A stretch of 63,495 nucleotides of DNA, filler included, from Reticulomyxa filosa (Eukaryota; Protista; Foraminifera), in the NCBI GenBank assembly GCA_000512085.1. It is 17 parts of 17 records of this genome, joined end to end, with 100 filler letters (N's around TTAATTAATTAA, not from the genome) between each part and the next. Parts side by side here need not be neighbours in the genome. Positions count along the whole stretch, not along the records: positions 23,478 to 25,582 come from ASPP01047221.1; positions 25,683 to 36,546 come from ASPP01020724.1; 15 more parts are not named here. One strand, given 5' to 3'. Shown piece by piece: positions 24,031-35,890 of this stretch. The translations under genes and the position numbers were made by a program. How positions within the stretch are numbered: the first letter of the stretch is position 1; every line of letters begins with the position of its first letter. The notes under the pieces were generated by a model. It had not been told where the DNA came from, did no database searches, and saw nothing but the letters and a program-made list of their open reading frames with translations.

Positions 24031-24984
24031 GGTTTTTGCTTTTCAAAGTGCACAGATGATTATCCCCCTTTTTTTTAAAAAAAGGTGTAGCTAAAGCAGT
24101 GCTTTGAACTGTAGATAAGCCTTTTATATGCTATTTGATTTTTTTCGTCTGCAAATTTGCCTTTATATTATAATTTAATCTTTTAAATATTAATATGTAA
24201 AGTTGAAATTTTTTGTATCAGAAATTGTGTGTTCAAAAACGAGTTTCTTTTTTTGTGAAGATCCCGTGACAAAAATTTTATTTTTGTTAGATAGAAGTTC
24301 GCTTAATATTCCTTAAATTAGATTAGCTTAGTTTTTTTTTGTAGGAAAAAACTTGTTGTAATGATGTTAGCAAACTGATGTATCTTGATTATCACACGTT
24401 CATAGATAAATATTTATTGTTAACGGAATGAACTATCTTCATTTATCTTTTTTCAATCAAACTAAACGATCTACATTTTAAAATGCAGTTATATATTTTT
24501 TTGTCATAAAAAAAGAAAAGTTTTTTATAGTGCGCATTCGCGAGTGACCAAAATCGTGACAATTTGGTTTTATTGTTCTTTTACAATCTTCACATAATTA
24601 TGTACAAGCAATTGATTGTAGAGAAAACATGAAAGAAGCAAATTTTTTTTAAAAAAAACAATATCATGATAACTACAGTAATTATTTATTATTATTATTT
24701 TTAGTTCAAAACAAATTATAATTTGATGTTAGCTTTTCGTTTACACCCTTTAAAAAAAATTGGACAATATAATATTCGTTAATCCGAACAACATGGGTAA
24801 TCAAAATACAACGCAACGTAAGCTCTCTTTGAAAATTTGATGGATTTGCTCACTTTATTTCATTAGTCTCAGTGTGTGACACGTAAACACAAACTTGATT
24901 TTCAAAACAATTGCTATTTTTATATTTTTAAAAATCAATTTATGTCTTTTTTTTCAATCCAATAAATTTAAACACAAAAAAGAA

Positions 24985-25582
24985 ATGACAGACCATACAC
25001 AACAAGTGCGCGAAATGGAAAGACGAATCCAAGCAGCGAAGGCACAACAGGCACAACTCTTGGTATCATGCTCAGAGCAGACAAAAAAGTTTGACAAAGA
25101 AATAAAAGAAAAATGTGATGTTTTGGAGACGATGGCCAAGCGATGCGAAACAATAAAATTGAGTCACGAAAATGATCTACAACAAAAGAAGGCAGAGCAT
25201 CTCCTTTTGGCAAAGCAAGTAGAAGCTGAAGGTACTTCATATCTTCCATATGTTTCATTTGTTCAAAAAAAAAAAAAAAAAAAACAGAGCCAATTTTGTG
25301 GTTGGATGAACAAAAGAAAAAAATATAGCAAAATTTAAAGAAGAGTTGAAAGACATGGAAAGTTTACGAGTGCTGTTATATAGTCCAACAGGCGAAGGCA
25401 AATCGACATTGGGAAATCGAATTCTTGGTGATGAATCACCGGACGGAAACAAAGGTCCATTTGAAGTGAGTGATGGTATAGACTCCAAAACTCAAGACAT
25501 TTCGAAGCAATTTCTTGCCAAGGGAAAGCTGTATAAACACTCGATCAGTGTGATTGACTGTCCGGGTACATTTGACTCGAAT
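24985..25582 (+). CDS. Coiled-coil + AIG1/GIMAP-like P-loop GTPase, 3' truncated
   Basis: Exon 24985-25231, phase-1 intron 25232-25328, then RVLLYSPTGEGKSTLGNRILG (G1), SKTQ (G2 Thr) and VIDCPGTFDS (G3). Confidence 0.8.
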
Positions 25583-25700
25583 NNNNNNNNNNNNNNNNNN
25601 NNNNNNNNNNNNNNNNNNNNNNNNNNTTAATTAATTAANNNNNNNNNNNNNNNNNNNNNNNNNNNNNNNNNNNNNNNNNNNNTTTTTATTCATTTGAAAC

Positions 25701-27310
25701 TTACTTTTTTGCCAGCTTCAAATCAATCGACTGCAACATTCGGTCCACCACCAAAGAAAACGAGCTGAAAAAGTCTTTGTAAAGGTTCCAAATCCGAAGG
25801 TGCCACAGGCAAATGTTTCCATTAAATTGGTCCAATAGGTATTTGGTCTGTGAGCTGTTCCACAAAAAATGCAAAAGGGCGTCTGCGTCCATATTAATGA
25901 TGAGGTTTTCGTCAATAAACAGGACGTAGTTTTTCCAATCGATAAGATTTTCGAAAGGCAAAGTCCAACCATTGGCAACGATGACAGGGATACAGCCCGC
26001 ACTCATGACGTCCATCAAACGATACGACCAGACCATGTCGCCTGCAATGACCAAGCAAAAATGGGAATGAAGTACCAGGTCGCTGTAATTGAAAAAATTG
26101 CCGGCGGTCTTGTCCCAATTTCCGACCGATATATATATTCCTTTCTCCAATGCACTTGAGTTGGCACCATTCAGTGCCTCGTTTATTTTTCTGCGTAAAT
26201 TCTGGACCCGATGGGAAAATGTATTCATGTACTGAGAATAGTACAATCTTTGTCGTCCTTGAAACACTACCGTATAGTGGTACCATTCTTTTAGCATGGT
26301 CAGATTATTCGGTGCAAGCATCTATCTTTTTTTTTCCCCCCCCCCCCCCTTTCATTGTGTGCACACACCGTTCTTAAGAAAAGGAAGGAGGGATTGATAA
26401 ATGATTTTTTTTTTTAATTAAAAAAAAAAAGCCACTTTTTTAGGACTTTGCAAACCTGGGTCTTGCGAAAGCAGATATTGCTTTGTTTTGCAATTTCAGA
26501 AAAGTCATTTTCGGCAACGGTAGGCAGACTAATGTCCAAATGAGGACGAAAGGCTTCACTGTAAGCGTTGTAAGTGATTTGGGCAATGGGCACGCCCGAA
26601 ATGACTCTCGTTTCTTTCCACGTAAAGCTTGCCATTGGAAAGTAAAAAATTTGTTGTTGGGTCGGGTCAAATTGGGATCTATTTCGCACAAGGTACTGAA
26701 ACGATTTTTGCATAATGAAATGGAAAATCTGCTTTTCTGTCAGATACGTAGGCCTTCGATAAGCGCTCAATGCTCCAATGTCGCGATAACACTTTCCTAA
26801 TGATTTCGACTTTGCCATTGTTTGAACCATTCCAAACGAAATAAATACTACGCGCGCATCCCTCATATCCGCTACTCGACATGGATGCACATACAACCAT
26901 TTGTACATCTCATAGATTTCATAGAAACCGCAGTTGCGTGGATCAAGGATTGATAGTCGTTGACCTTTTGCAAAATTATATCTTTGGGAAATGTTGTAAA
27001 TGTAAAAACGCGCATTTGCAAGTTGGCAAACTTGCTTTTGTGGATGGAGTCCTGTGAAATACGTTAATTGTGTTGGAAGACGTAAAAAATTGCTTTGGCC
27101 TCGCTCTCTACTTTTGTTCACTACTCCACTAGCGGTCATCTTTTTCACACTCTCTTTTATCTCACTGTAAACGTGATTATACGTAGGTGGTGTTTCTAGC
27201 GAACTCATCTTGCACAATGGGCACGGACGTCCAGTTGCATAGAAAAATAACAACAAACATGTCACGCACTGTAGTAGAAATACTATTACACATATCGTTT
27301 TTCTTTTCAT
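25701..27310 (-). CDS. Exostosin-family (GT47) type II membrane glycosyltransferase
   Basis: N-terminal anchor MKRKTICVIVFLLQCVTCLLLFFY, FYIYN, then HFCLVIAGD..WSYRLMDVMSAGCIPVIV..WTLPFENLIDW; intron ~26335-26457. Confidence 0.88.
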
Positions 27311-27587
27311 TCCCACTCCAGACAGATGGTCATACAAAAATAGTCTTTCTCTTTGAAATTCCAAAAAAAAAATTCCTTGTACTGTTAGTTTCCTTGTTAT
27401 TATTATTTTTTTAACATCAACAAAAGGAAAAAAGCTGTTCGTTGGACCATCATATAACATATATAACTAATTTAAAGTTTAGAAAGTAAAAAACTCGTGG
27501 CTGTGTTTTTTCAAGCTTTGCTCTTAAAAGGGGCCCATTCAAGGGGGGAAAAAACAGCTTTCTTATGAGGAAAAGAAAAAAAGAAAA

Positions 27588-29044
27588 ATGAGTGAGCTCA
27601 AGAAATCTCACTCCGAGTCGACACAAAAATCAAGACTAACTATGGAAGACGTGCCACTGACTCAGATATCACGAAAAAAAAAGATGACAAGTATTGCGAA
27701 AAAATAGTCGACGAAAAACTGCGATACAAAAAAGAAAAGAAAGCAGTGCCAGCAACAGAAACAATGAACAAAATAGTACAATTCCTGATTCATAAATGTC
27801 ATAGCGAGCGTTTCCAAAAAAACACGATATTTGAGCGTACCTACGGAGTGATGTCAGGAGACGGGATCCAAAGTCGATTAGCAGTGGATCGACATTTTGA
27901 CGCATCGATGGTAGTAATTTTCCAAATGGATGAGAGCGAATCTTGGAAAGTGGGGCACGAAACAGTGGAGAAGATGAAGAGCTGGATCCGCGACACAATT
28001 ACGAAAGAATTGAAGTCGTGGTTGGGCAGTGCATTCACAACTGAATGGCCGAATAAAGAAAAGCAAAGAGACAGCCGCATGTCGTTAACGCAAAAGGAGG
28101 AAGAGAAAAAAATGACACCAACACCATTAAGAGGTTCCAGTACAAATGACGAATCGAGAACATATGATAATATAATGACAGTAATGCAAATAAAATTTGA
28201 TGAAGGGACAATAGAAATCAAAATAGCGTTTTCGTACGACAGGCATATATACTTTGGGTTTCATTACAAGGGCCTACAACAACATGTGTATGAATACTCG
28301 TCGGAAGAGTTGGGAGCCCTGGCCAAAGATTTGCTCGAAGTCATGGCCTCTTATAGAGAAGCCATCGAAAAAGCTGATTCCATTCAGGAAGAGGCATTTT
28401 TAAGACAAAACATGATGACTATGTTCTCAATCGTTCGCGCGCATCGTTTGAATCCGTCGCAAGTCCATCAAAACGTTCGTCGCGCTATTATTCTACTCAA
28501 GTCTTGGAAGTACAAATTACTCGCTGCTAAACAGATCAAACAATTCATTCACAATTATACCATTGACACGCTTTGCATTGCTGCTTACTATTTCCTTATT
28601 CGCAAGAAAAAATATACATCGGTCGAAGTCTTGGACATTGTTCATTTTGTTTTTGATATCATTATTTGGACTTCCGAAAAAGTTATCAGAAATGATCTTG
28701 CCTGCGTCCTCTATTGTTCCTTTGATGATGGCGCTCATCTGTTGGTTAATTCAACCGATATTGAAAAATATCTTACCCATTGCAAAGAACCTCCTCGTGT
28801 TCTTGTCATTGATTTCATTGTTCCTGGTTGGTCGTTTTTTTCTATTCTTTTTTTTTCCCCATCAAAACACTTTTTTTTTTTTTGGAGCCACTATACAAAT
28901 AAATTAGAGTCACTCGAAAAAGATCAATCCTGCTGGGAGGAGATGAGAAGTCGTGTTAGAGAGGCTCAAGAAATAATGCGTAGTGAAGGACCTACTGCAT
29001 GGATTGACACTTTGATTCCGTTAAGTCATCAACAGCCATCATGA
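27588..29044 (+). CDS. OAS/cGAS/DZF-superfamily nucleotidyltransferase-fold protein with degenerate catalytic motifs
   Basis: Motifs in OAS order: VMSGDG...FDASMVVIF (vs GGS...SDADLVVF), IEIKIAFSYD (vs VEFDVLPAFD), RRAIILLKSWKY (vs KSLIRLVKHWY), HNYTIDTLCIAAY (vs PQYALELLTVYAW), PRVLVIDFIVP (vs RPVILDPADP), WEEM (vs WRQL). The start at 27588 needs +1 A in the A9 run at 27674-27682; probable in-frame intron ~28830-28887. Confidence 0.65.
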
Positions 29045-29973
29045 CTCCTTCATTTAAGTTTCTTTGTGTTGTTTGAATAGTCACTGATGAGAAAGTCCGG
29101 ATTATAAGTAATTTGTGCCATCTCGTTGTGCCAGTTCCTGCCCAATGGAAGATCTAGAACCTCAGAGTTACATCTGGATAAATTTTTTTTATTTATTGTC
29201 ACACCTTTTTGGTTTTGAAAAATCGATTTCAGCAAAAGGATAGACTAAAAAAGCAAATCCTACCAACTTGTATTTTCGTGTTTGTATATTACACACCAAA
29301 GCCAGATTTTTGGACCACTAGTAATAACAAAAAAAATGTTCTAAATAAATAAAGATTGCATGTTTTTTCGAAGTTTATAATTCAGGAGTGATAGCTAGCA
29401 TATTCAATTTTCAATTAAAACTTTAAGCACTAAATTAATAAGAGTTGTTTTTTGTTTACTTGGAAATAACGTATAACAGTTTGAATATGCAGTGAAGCAA
29501 AAATTGTAGTGGCTACGTTTGAAAAAATTGGAGGATTTGAAGTACTTAAATTTTTTTGGAGTCTTTGATTTTGCAGAGTACGACCTCCAAATTATTGGTA
29601 TAATTCATATAGTGGCTACGATTTGATTTCACCCAATTGTTACAATTGGCCAAAGTGGCTTAATATTGCAAACAGTTTGCATAATTGTAAGCGTTTTGAG
29701 TGCTAAGTTGTATATGTTGACAATTAGTGGTTATCAACAAGGCAAAATTTGCATAAAATGCAAGATGGAGATATTGTGCTCATTGAGAAGAAATGCTTTA
29801 TCATCCAAAACAACTTGTGTCAGACTTTGCAACGCTTTTTAAAAACAAAATACAGGCCCAAAAAAGCACATTTTTCTCAAAAAGTGCATTACACCGGGAA
29901 AAGTCCATCGAATTTATACAAATCAAACGCAACAAAGTTCCGTGTATGCGTTTGCGAAAACAAAACAAAAATT

Positions 29974-32900
29974 TTAATCCCAATCAAAAGATTTGACTGT
30001 CAAAATGTTCAACAAATCAGCGTGTGATTGTATCCACTCCGAATATTTGGTATTGAAATCATTTTTGGCAGATTCATGCAAATACGCGTTAAAAGCAATT
30101 AATACCAAATATCTTTCCAAAAAATATCCAGAAATTTCTTTCCAATAGGCTCTCCTTTCCATCGTTTCACGGTCATACCTTACAATAGCAATAATTATTT
30201 TTTGAGTTGTGATTGGCAAAAAGTAAAAAAAATAAATTAAAAAACAAATGAAAACATACCATAATTTGGTAGAATAAATGCAAACACGCATATTTTGTAA
30301 ATGTTGATTTCTGTTAATGATATCATCAACTTCACTCTTAATTTTTTCCCCATCTAATTTATAGTTGTTGGTCAACGTTTCCACCAGTTTTTTAACTAAC
30401 GTGTAGTTTCCATTTCTCATATCAATTTCGCTCAGCTTATGTTCACTTTGCTTTTCATCTTCCGGTTTTGTGTTGGTGGAAATATGTTGCAAGTACTGTG
30501 CATTGTCTTTTGCTTCTTCACTGGATACCAAAGGAGTGGCATTTGGCCATATTGTTGTATACTTACTCGTCATATTTTCCACAAATTCGCCTTCCATTTG
30601 TATTCGTTTGGTTTGTGTCGCCCGTTATGTGCAATGTGAGAAAACATAAACGCCAAGAGAAGGGGGGGGGGGAAAGATAATAAGTACATAGTTTTTGTTT
30701 TTGTTTTTGCCAAGAGGACAAACATACCGCATTGTTTCTTAATTAAGCAACTGCAAATCATTCCCACAGTGGTTCGACCTTTTCCCATTTGGCAATTAAA
30801 AACAATGGCGGTTTTGTTGTCAGTATAGTTTCTAACACGATCCACTAAGGTGTCAATATCTTCAGCGTCGGGTGCTCTTTCATCATTAACCGGCAGACGT
30901 TCCAGTTTTACGGGGAAAGAATTCGTGTTTTGTTCGGCATACATTTCCACCAGTGTTTTGACAGTGTCAGGACCCCTGACGGGTTCGGTCAATACCATGT
31001 CTTTGCGATCTGCAGGCAGCAAGGCATACGTGTCCTTGTGGTACTCAAACAAGCCATGATTTTTCTCATTCTTTATTCGAACGACATTGGCCAGTTCATT
31101 TTGCAATGTGTTCACGTCGTCGATACTCAAGGTTCCGCCTAATCGAATGTTGTGTGTCAAATGGTCTTTATCCCTTGGCGCGTACGACATACCGTTTACA
31201 TACAGCACGGGCTCCGATCTCATGTTCACCCATAGGCATTGTTCTAATCCAAACCTTTTTTTTTTTTTTTGTAGAGTCCCCAAACATACAAAAAAAAGTC
31301 ATATCAGAGAAAGAAAAGAAGGAAAGAGGAGATAAAAAAAATATATATGTGTACATACTTTTGAACTCAGAGAATATTTTGGCTAAGGCAAATACAGTCG
31401 GCTGGCCACATCCGAAAATCCAAAAGCCCTCGGTTTGTCGGAGGTTGGGGATGCCTTCGATCTTGGGCTCCAAGCGGTAAATGTTTTCGAAATGATCCAC
31501 TTTGACCACGCCTTGCTTCATTATCACCAGCGCCTCTTCGTACTCTTTCGAATGGACTTGCTTCTCTTCTTCCGTCATTCCTGCCTTTTCCAATATGTCC
31601 TCGCCAGAAACTGGCCTTGCCAATTGAATGTATTTCGACCAACTGTCGTATACGTCAGCCTCTGCCACAGATAAACAAAACAAAAAAAGGTACAAACAAA
31701 ATTACAATAATACATTACATATAAAAATAAGAAGGGGGGGGGGGAGAGAGGATCAAACCTGAAAACACATTTGCGGTATGTAGCAATCCTAACACCAAAT
31801 CTCCTCCTTCTTTTACTTCCCCTTTCAAATCTTGTCCTCTCATTTTCAGTTTCGATCGCTCATAGGCCATCACTCGACGTGCGTGTGTCACCCAAATGAT
31901 GTGGAACGTGATGAGCCATCCTAAGCCCACCCAAAATGTTATGCGATCGATCCGGTGCATCTTGTGTTGCGACGATGGAGTGCCCGTGTCACACCAGCTC
32001 AAGAAGCATGCTATGATCGATTTAAGTTATTCATATGTGTATACGTTTACATGTGTATACATATATATATAAAATGTGCACGCATGATATTCGATTGTCT
32101 ACAAAATGATGTTTGCCCCATTTTTGAAAACACGAAACTTTGAATGGCCACAAAGAACATGAAAAAGAACACGCTGCGGACATAAATGTCAAGGTGAGTT
32201 AGGTATGGTACCTATAAAAAAAAAGGGGGGGGGGGAAGAAAAAAGTTCAAAACAAGGCAAGAAAAAAAAACAAAAAAAAAACTTGAACTTACATCCGGCA
32301 TTTTGCTATCCACGACAAATTGAAAAGCGACCATGGTCAAGACCAATGTGAAAATGAAACCTTTGTGATTGCACACGAGTGTTGTGAATTCCAAAAACTG
32401 CACAAAACAAGAAAAAAAAGACAAAGTATGTGACACAAGCATACTTAATCGGTTGGGGAGATCGTCAATGGGACTCATTGCAAATGCACACAAAGTGGAC
32501 AGCGAAAACAAGGTGCAGTAAATGAGGACGTGATCAAAGTAGTATCTCCATTTTCTGGCTACTTTCAATCGACAAAAAAAGTTGCTATAGGAGATATTGG
32601 CTGCGGACTTTGTTGGGTCACTTCGAGAAAATTCGATTATCTGTTTTGTTTTTTTTTTTTTTTTTTTTTTTGAGCTCATAGTAAGTAAAAAAAAAAAAAA
32701 AGACCTCTTTTTTTATTTTTATTTTTTTCTTCTCCCCTCTCCCTTTGTAAGACCCAAACTGGGGTGTGCAATTGCCAATTATCCAATGACATGTTTTCAG
32801 TCACGATTCGAACCACTGAATTATTCCTACGTACCGACGGCGTCAACACTGCTTTGTCCACCTATCTTACCCACCAAAAAAAAAAGGCATACAAAAATTC

Positions 32901-34098
32901 GCGTGTGTTGGCTTTGATCCTTCAATCTGCAAAATTAAAAGCTAATATACATATACATATATGCATGCATGTATACTCAACAGAAAACTCGCTCCAAATC
33001 GGAATTGTCAAATCTTGGCAATCAAAAGGAAAATTCTTTAACTCTGATACATTTCCAAGACATGTCAACAAAACAAAAGTAATGAAACAAGACACAGATT
33101 GTCGATTACAATAAAACACGTATATCAATCACGGTGGTCGCATTGTAACATACCTAAAGGCTCCGCAAATGTTCCATGCAGCATGAACTATATTTTCCAA
33201 ACAAATGTTAAACAGCTTTGCTACCACACAACAACAACAACAACAACAAGGTTGACAAAACTTTCCATTCGGCCATGCGTAGACCGGTAGGTGATGTATT
33301 GGCACTTACAATACGCCACTGAGAGTTGGGAGAATCGGAATGGGCTTGAATTAAGTTCAACATATATATGCATATACATATATATTTATATATACATATA
33401 TATACATGTATATGTATATATGCTGTTTTTTTTTCTCTCAATGATTTGCAAAGATTTCGAAACTCTCCAAAAGTGTTGGAAATGATAGCTTTGGCTTCCA
33501 TAGCACTTGTTTCACTACATCGTCATATTCACCATCACCGTCTTCCTCGTCTTCTTCTGTCGCATTGTCCTTTCGTCGACCCAATTTGTAATTGGCTTCG
33601 TCGATGTTCCATTCCAACAATATCATCAGATTCTTTATTACGATATTTTTATTTGTGTTTTGGTATTTGTTATTCATACAGGTGTTTTTTGTTGTTTGTT
33701 TATTTGGTTTTTGTTTTCAATTACCACCAACAACATCGCATGTAAAACTATACCGCTTTGAATGTTTGCGCAGCTGTATTTTGTATTTTGTATTTTTATT
33801 TTTATTTTTTTTCTGTTTTAATGTTGCTAACTTCCTATTTTTTCTTTATTACAATACAGCCAAGGCAGATCAACTCACCAGTGTCCACTTCTCCCACTCT
33901 TCGGATAAATAGTGATAGTCCGATATTCACTGGACCTTCAGGGTAATTGTTCGACGTTACCACCTGCTGACTTACAATGCGGCTTAACGGTGGAAGTTTG
34001 TCAAATTTGAAATCATTTTTGGCTGTCAATTGGTATAGGGATTGAGAAAATTTGAAATTATCTGCATTTCGCAACGGCAAAATTTCTTGGACGGCCAT
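29974..34098 (-). CDS. Cys-less pentameric ligand-gated ion channel subunit fused to a C-terminal paladin-like (PTP-like, Cx5R) phosphatase
   Basis: Manually spliced exons: PVNIGLSLFIRRVGEVDT|AAQTFKA|NLMILLEW...WKPKLSFP|...|FMLHGTFAEPL|ELKNFPFDCQDL (Pro-loop)|...W|...LKVARKWRYY-M1-NRL|S-M2-MPD|VPYLTHLDIY-M3|...IDRITFW-M4...VFS|EADVYD...IPNLRQ..GCGQPT, WVNMRSEP, RLPVNDERAP, FNCQMGKGRTT, LERYLVLIAFNAYL*. Junction intron 31662-31758 is GT-AG and phase 1 at both ends. Confidence 0.8.
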
Positions 34099-34738
34099 TA
34101 TTGAACCAAAAAAAGGAAAAGCAAAAAAGTTCCCCAACAAATTATCAACTTTGATTCTAAGCTTTTTGAATTTGAAAAAAATATGAAGGAATTACTACAA
34201 TCGCACAAAAGACTTCCAATCTTTTGATGTCTAAAAAAAAATGAAAACTTTTTTTGCACAAATTGCCAAGCTGAAAATGCTTGCACCAAACTAACAATGA
34301 GCACAGTTAATTTCTGAAATTACGTCAACATCCAGTTTGGGATCTATAGACAAAAAGAGAATATAAATAAAATAAAAAAAATAAAAAATAAAAAATTGCT
34401 GTGTGAGGCGAACGGGATTGCTTTTGTAGTGAAGAATTCTGATAATTGGTCACTAAGAGAACCCCAAACAATAAAAAAATATCACCACAATGTTGCGCAA
34501 ACAACTTTTCCAAGTGAAGAAAACAAAAGCAAGGAACAATAAAAGTGTATTTGTGTTATTTTTTTAAAACTGCAAATCAAAAGAGGCAAAACAAATGGAT
34601 TTATTTTTAAACAGAATCCGCACATCCTCAAAACAATAATAAAAAAAAAGGTATGATGTTGATGCGTTATTGCAATTGTCAACTATCAATCGTTGGCTGG
34701 TTTATTTTTTTTTTCGATTGTTTGTTTGTGCATAGACA

Positions 34739-35890
34739 TTACTTTGTATCTTTTTCTTCATTTTCTGGATTGGTTGGCGCCTTACTGTTATCATCAGAAG
34801 TGGTTGCCCCAGTACTTTCGGTTACTTTCTTGGACTTTTTTTTTTTATTTTGATGTGCATTTTGTAGCTAAGGGAAAGAGACGAAAGAGGAGGGGATTAT
34901 TATAATAATCGTATTGATCTAACAAAAAAAAAGCACACAACATACACAAAAATGTCACCAATTGTATTTCTTCACTTACCTCTTCTTTAAAGTGATCTTG
35001 AATTCTTCTAATAATTTTAGATTGCAACGCACCAATGGGTAATTCCCACTCGCTCAGCAAATCAGATACTGCAATTGTCCCTTTCGAAACTGATTGCTTG
35101 AGTTTATCCATTGCAAATTTATTTTTTTTCAATACGTTAAATATTTGTTCTTCATCTTCAATGCCCACCAACGAAAACTATTTCCAACATTTTACAATCA
35201 CTAAATATATATATAATTATTATAAAAAAAAAGAAAAAATTTTAAAAAACTCCTTTTGTTTATTTGTGAAGTTAGTTTTTTTTTCCCTCCTTCTTCCTCC
35301 CCTTTTCGTTTTTCTTTCTTAGGTGTTCAGTTGCATGTTTTGTATGTATACGTACATTTTTTTCCTCTAATTTTCATACAAAACATGTAACCTCTAGTTC
35401 CTTACTAAAGTGAAAAAAAGTTTTGTTTTTATAGGACACATGGATCAATTGATGAAAAAGCAAGCTGAAAAAACAAATTCGTTCCAAAAAAAAAAAAAAT
35501 TTGCATGAAAGTAGCGAAAAAAAAAAGTACGAAACCCATTGCTCCATTACAACATTGACCACTTTGAAGTGCAATCTCGATGTCATTGGCAACCCGTAAT
35601 GCTCCATTATTTGGCTCACTTCAAATTTGGATCCCTTTTGTACTGCACTGATAATCAAACGTGTCATTTTTCGTGATTGCTCGATTGCGTCCAGTATTTC
35701 TTCTTCTGTTTCGCATTCTCCTAAATTTATCTGTAATTCACACGCACCCGTGTTTACCATTCATATCCCAAAATCAAACTCAGTGTTTTTTTTTGTCCGA
35801 GCAAATTCGTATACTCAACTCTGCGATGGTGATGATGATGGTCCATGTTCACTTTTCACCTTCCTCTTTTTCGTCAAAGGATTATCTGGA
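34739..35890 (-). CDS. Hypothetical multi-exon protein with short helical (possibly SAM-like) repeats
   Basis: Two similar exon-like blocks (EEEILDAIEQSRK...MEHYGLP and EEQIFNVLKKNK...LSEWELP) separated by AT-rich intron-like DNA; boundaries uncertain. Confidence 0.45.

Noticed and set aside
33360-33422. (TA/CA)n-rich tracts here and in many other places
   Set aside because: Ordinary intronic microsatellite-like filler typical of this genome.
33745-33755. Apparent in-frame TAG in the pLGIC gene suggesting readthrough or a non-standard genetic code
   Set aside because: It lies within a GTATAG splice donor after the mini-exon AAQTFKA. Intact genes here end with TAA, TAG and TGA, consistent with the standard code.
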